Below are positions 60,516 to 64,000 of a stretch of DNA of 64,000 bases, in pieces. The notes beneath the pieces were generated by a model. It ran no database searches, was not told the DNA's origin, and worked only from the letters and a program-made list of their open reading frames with translations. Every line of letters starts with the position of its first letter. Within the stretch, counting starts at the first letter, position 1. This DNA is from Candidatus Heimdallarchaeota archaeon. GTDB lineage: Archaea > Asgardarchaeota > Wukongarchaeia > Wukongarchaeales > JBHIFL01. The DNA is taken from positions 64,001-128,000 of the forward strand of contig JBHIFL010000001.1 in the NCBI GenBank assembly GCA_046761065.1, read 5' to 3'. Made by a program: the position numbers and the translations under genes.

Positions 60516-61625
60516 GTGAGAGTGATGATAGATCACGATGAAATTGAGACCACACTCGACGATTATAACGTAGCGGAAATCCATATCGGCTGTCTGGGTA
60601 GTCATTCCGCTCTGGAAATTGCTTATGGAGCCCATGCAATTGGGTTGAAAACCGTGGTGGTGTGTCAACGGGGCCGTGAGAAGACGTATACGCGTTATTT
60701 TTCGAATCTTTTTGATGAAATACTCGTGTTGGAGAAGTTCACTGAGATTTGTAATCCTGAAATAATTGATCAGCTCCAAGAATTGAACACGATTTTTGTC
60801 CCAAACCGCTCCTTTTCTGTGTATGTTGGATATGACAATATTGAGAAGCAATTTCTTATTCCTCTCTTTGGAACGCGGAGTCTTTTACGCGCTGAAGAAC
60901 GTGATACCCCAAAAGGTCAGTATTACCTCCTCAAAAAAGCCGGCTTAAGGTATCCAAAACTATTCACCTCACCGGATGATATTGATCGGCTAGTCATGGT
61001 CAAACTGCCGCACGCCAAAAGACGTGTTGAACGTGGATTTTTTACTGTGGCATCTCCGGAAGAATTTGATAGCAAGTCCAAAGATCTCTTGGCCGAAGGA
61101 ATCATTAAAGAAGAGGATCTACGTAAGGCTCGCATTGAGGAGTTCGTTATTGGGGCACTTTTCAATTTGGATTATTTTTATGGGCCGACAACGGGAGAAG
61201 TGGAGTTTCTAGGTGCAGAACAACGGATTGAATCGGATATTGAGGGTTTTTTGCATATGACCGCAGCGGAACAAATGGCAATTTCTATGACGCCACACAT
61301 TATTCCGGTTGGCCATCGAGGAGTGACTGTACGGGAATCCCTATTAGAAAAGGTCTTCGTCCTCGGGGAAAAATTCCGTGTCACAACGGAAAAAGAGCAT
61401 CCTCCCGGGATAATTGGCCCATTTGCCCTTCAAGGGGTTTTTGATAAAGATACCGAATTCTGGACATTTGATGTGTCCCTTCGGGTCCCAGGGGCGCCAA
61501 TCCTACTAACGACTAGCCCCTATACGCTCTACAAGCATGGGACGCAGCTCAGTGTGGGTCGGAGGATTGCCATGGAGATTCATACCGCAATAGCACAGAA
61601 CAAATTAATAAGGTGCTTAACCTAG
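60516..61625 (+). CDS. PurP-like ATP-grasp ligase, paralogue 2
   Basis: LGSHSALEI..GA, PNRSFSVY, LRAEER, ERGFF, GH...T.RESLLEKVF, PGIIGPFALQ, DVSLRVPG, GRRIAMEI. Confidence 0.9.
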   Translation: MRVMIDHDEIETTLDDYNVAEIHIGCLGSHSALEIAYGAHAIGLKTVVVCQRGREKTYTRYFSNLFDEILVLEKFTEICNPEIIDQLQELNTIFVPNRSFSVYVGYDNIEKQFLIPLFGTRSLLRAEERDTPKGQYYLLKKAGLRYPKLFTSPDDIDRLVMVKLPHAKRRVERGFFTVASPEEFDSKSKDLLAEGIIKEEDLRKARIEEFVIGALFNLDYFYGPTTGEVEFLGAEQRIESDIEGFLHMTAAEQMAISMTPHIIPVGHRGVTVRESLLEKVFVLGEKFRVTTEKEHPPGIIGPFALQGVFDKDTEFWTFDVSLRVPGAPILLTTSPYTLYKHGTQLSVGRRIAMEIHTAIAQNKLIRCLT

Positions 61626-61717
61626 TGGGGGAGACCAAAACTGAAAAATCTTGTCACTGAGTGGGATACTCTACGGATAACCTATCCGTAACAAGAAACT
61701 TATGTGAGGATCTAAAG

Positions 61718-62497
61718 ATGCAAGGGTTTTCTGACAATATAGCAAAAGTGGCCGAAGATAATCGATCCCCGCTGGTTTTTGCGCTCGACCCATCGGCCCG
61801 ATTCGCTGGGAATTTTAATCGAAAAACGGCGATCCAAGCCAATCTTCTCAAAAAAAGCTTAGATCTAATTGAAGAAACAAGTGATCTTCTCGCCGCTGTG
61901 AAAATCAATAGACACCTCATCCTGCCCTTAGGGCTCTATGGGGGGATCCTAGAGATCCTTGATCGAGTGAAGGAGGCGGGTCTCCCAAGTATTGCGGACG
62001 CGAAGATCAATGACATAGGTAACACTAATCGGTGGATTGTAACCCACTATTTGGATGCAGGGTTTGATGCGGTCATTGCTAACCCATTCGTAGGGTGGAA
62101 AGGAGGTTTGGATGCCGTTTTTGAAGAAGCCAATGAGCGGGACAAAGGCGTCATCCTGCTTGTTTACATGTCTCATCCCGCCGCGCCTGAAGGGTACGGA
62201 AGAATGACTCTAGATGACCAGGGGAAACGGCTCTTCTATATGGTCTTTGCAGAAAAAGCCCTTGAATGGGGCGCTTCCGGAGTCGTTGTTGGAGCTACCC
62301 ATCTTGCAATCTTAGAAGAGATTCATAAAACCCTTGGAGAGAAAATCCCTATTTTCGCGCCAGGAGTAGGCGTTCAAGGCGGAGATCCCCGGCTAGCCCA
62401 AGAAGCAGGAGCTAAATACTTCATAGTTGGTCGGACTATCTTCGAATCGGCTAAACCCCGGGAAACAATAAAGCAAATTCTTACATCGCTGAGATGA
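61718..62497 (+). CDS. pyrF: Orotidine 5'-phosphate decarboxylase
   Basis: ALD, AVK, DAKINDIGNT, MSHP, VVGAT, PGVGVQGG, IVGR; start set at ATG 61718. Confidence 0.93.
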   Translation: MQGFSDNIAKVAEDNRSPLVFALDPSARFAGNFNRKTAIQANLLKKSLDLIEETSDLLAAVKINRHLILPLGLYGGILEILDRVKEAGLPSIADAKINDIGNTNRWIVTHYLDAGFDAVIANPFVGWKGGLDAVFEEANERDKGVILLVYMSHPAAPEGYGRMTLDDQGKRLFYMVFAEKALEWGASGVVVGATHLAILEEIHKTLGEKIPIFAPGVGVQGGDPRLAQEAGAKYFIVGRTIFESAKPRETIKQILTSLR

Positions 62498-62523
62498 TGC
62501 CTAATTTCACTTTGGGGAATTTG

Positions 62524-63540
62524 TCAAAAAAAACCATGGGAATTATCTGTTAAGTGATTATTTTTTAGTTGCCAGATTTCAATAAACTTCTCCTTTTTGT
62601 GTTTTTTTTCGACAAGCGAGACTGTTCCTTCCCGTTCTAACTTTCTCAAGTGTACGTGCGCGGTGTGTGCGTCGATTAGAGAACGATAAGGCTCTCCCCA
62701 GTCAATGTTGAGGGATGTGTCAATGTGCTGCTGAACAGTTTCAGTGGAGGCAGCCCCTTCAAGCAGCGCATCTAGAACGATTTCTTCCACATGGTGTTGC
62801 GATTCCAATGCCAAGCGGATCATATCCTTGAAATCGCTTCCCACAAAAGCGGCATCATGACTCGGACAAAAAAGATCAATTTTTGCTTTCAATAGGAGTT
62901 GAAGCGCTTGTTCTCTTTTTTTCAAATCCCCTGTGGCATCAAAATAATAGCTATAGGGATTCTCCGGATAGATTTGCACTTCATCTCCCGCAAACATCGC
63001 TTGATCCTCTAAACAATAGAAGAACATATGCGCAGCTGAATGGCCACCTGTCGACCGTAGGAGGACTGTCTTTCCCCCTAAATCAAATTTCTCATCCCCT
63101 CTGACTACATGCAAGGATTTTTCGTCTACCCCTTTCATTTTTGAAAACACATCTGTCCCTAGGGCTAACTTCACCCGTTGCATTTTACCAAGCATGAAAT
63201 TGCGATCCAAGAGGGATTTCACAGGATCGAGAAGTGCTTCGCGGCCTTCTTCATGAATGACGAATTTCGCATTGGGAAACTCATTAGCAAAATCCTGACA
63301 TCCTCCGATATGATCAGGGTGTTCATGCGTGAGAAAAATGTAATCTACATTGTTAGCATTATACCCATAACTCTTGAGGACTTTATGAACCTGAGTAGCG
63401 AAGCGGCCGGAGGGCAATCCTGTATCAATGATCCCAACTTTATCCCCAACAACGATATAAGTCCCGATAATCTCGCCTCTTGGCCCATAATGGTCAATGA
63501 TTCGATAAATTCCCGGCACAATTTCACTTGTTATGGACAT
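62524..63540 (-). CDS. Metallo-beta-lactamase fold hydrolase with C-terminal winged helix
   Basis: IDTG, THEHPDHIGG, GGHSAAH, AGD, PSHD; C-terminal AHVHLRKLEREG. Confidence 0.88.
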   Translation of the reverse strand: MSITSEIVPGIYRIIDHYGPRGEIIGTYIVVGDKVGIIDTGLPSGRFATQVHKVLKSYGYNANNVDYIFLTHEHPDHIGGCQDFANEFPNAKFVIHEEGREALLDPVKSLLDRNFMLGKMQRVKLALGTDVFSKMKGVDEKSLHVVRGDEKFDLGGKTVLLRSTGGHSAAHMFFYCLEDQAMFAGDEVQIYPENPYSYYFDATGDLKKREQALQLLLKAKIDLFCPSHDAAFVGSDFKDMIRLALESQHHVEEIVLDALLEGAASTETVQQHIDTSLNIDWGEPYRSLIDAHTAHVHLRKLEREGTVSLVEKKHKKEKFIEIWQLKNNHLTDNSHGFF

Positions 63541-64000
63541 ATGATCACTCCATCACTTTGTTCATTAATTCACAGATACTTCAGTTCTTAGCCAGTTCGA
63601 TTTTTCAAATGTACAAAATCATTAATCCTCACAATTGATCTTAAAGTGTTTACTGCTCATACGGCTTATTCTTCGTGAACATTATTGGAACAACTGATAA
63701 GTCTATGCTCACATTGCTCTTCAATATTGTTCTAGAGATTTAATCTCATCCTTGAAATATTATAATAAAGAGATTTCGGATTTTCCCACGCCATACCCAT
63801 TGTAAGTGGGAAAAATTAATTATTTAACATAAAGATGGGTTTTTTCCTTTTTTTCAATAAAATTGATACGTCATCAATCTATTTATTCTTACTTTGAAAA
63901 TGAATGGCGATGCTAGCCTTTTCTGGGCCCATATTTTTCAGATATTTAGTTTCATGCCCGTATTTCTTTCGTTGAATGTGAAACACTAGCGGTTCATCGT

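Noticed and set aside
63541-64000. AT-rich terminal region as an origin or regulatory array
   Set aside because: No ORB-like repeats or other pattern seen; truncated by the window edge.

Overview
Archaeal chromosomal window, most likely Asgard (inference from eS26, archaeal DnaG, ApgM, two PurP paralogues and EndoQ, plus roadblock, longin-like and Rpn11/CSN5-like JAB proteins). It is mostly housekeeping and metabolic genes: an Opp/Dpp peptide ABC operon, two convergent FG-GAP beta-propeller surface proteins, npdG, dnaG, a bacterial-type gap, trpS, proS, rtcA, trmI, an HMG-CoA synthase/thiolase/DUF35 cluster, abfD, purP x2 and pyrF. There is one intact and one decayed tnpB-only IS200/IS605-family element and an MFS pseudogene. 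The standout is a stand-alone, circularly permuted 5S rRNA gene at about 19452-19610. The 3' half of 5S precedes the 5' half. Both sit inside a 12-bp terminal stem with a bulge-helix-bulge-like motif whose predicted cut sites, once ligated, restore the canonical CCGAAC-CCGGAA|GAUAAG sequence exactly. A second, unidentified, highly structured ~365-nt non-coding region lies at 14980-15343. A divergent class II GAPDH-like gene paired with a SIS-domain gene and a thiolase with altered catalytic motifs also merit follow-up. All calls are by eye from motifs; no searches were run.
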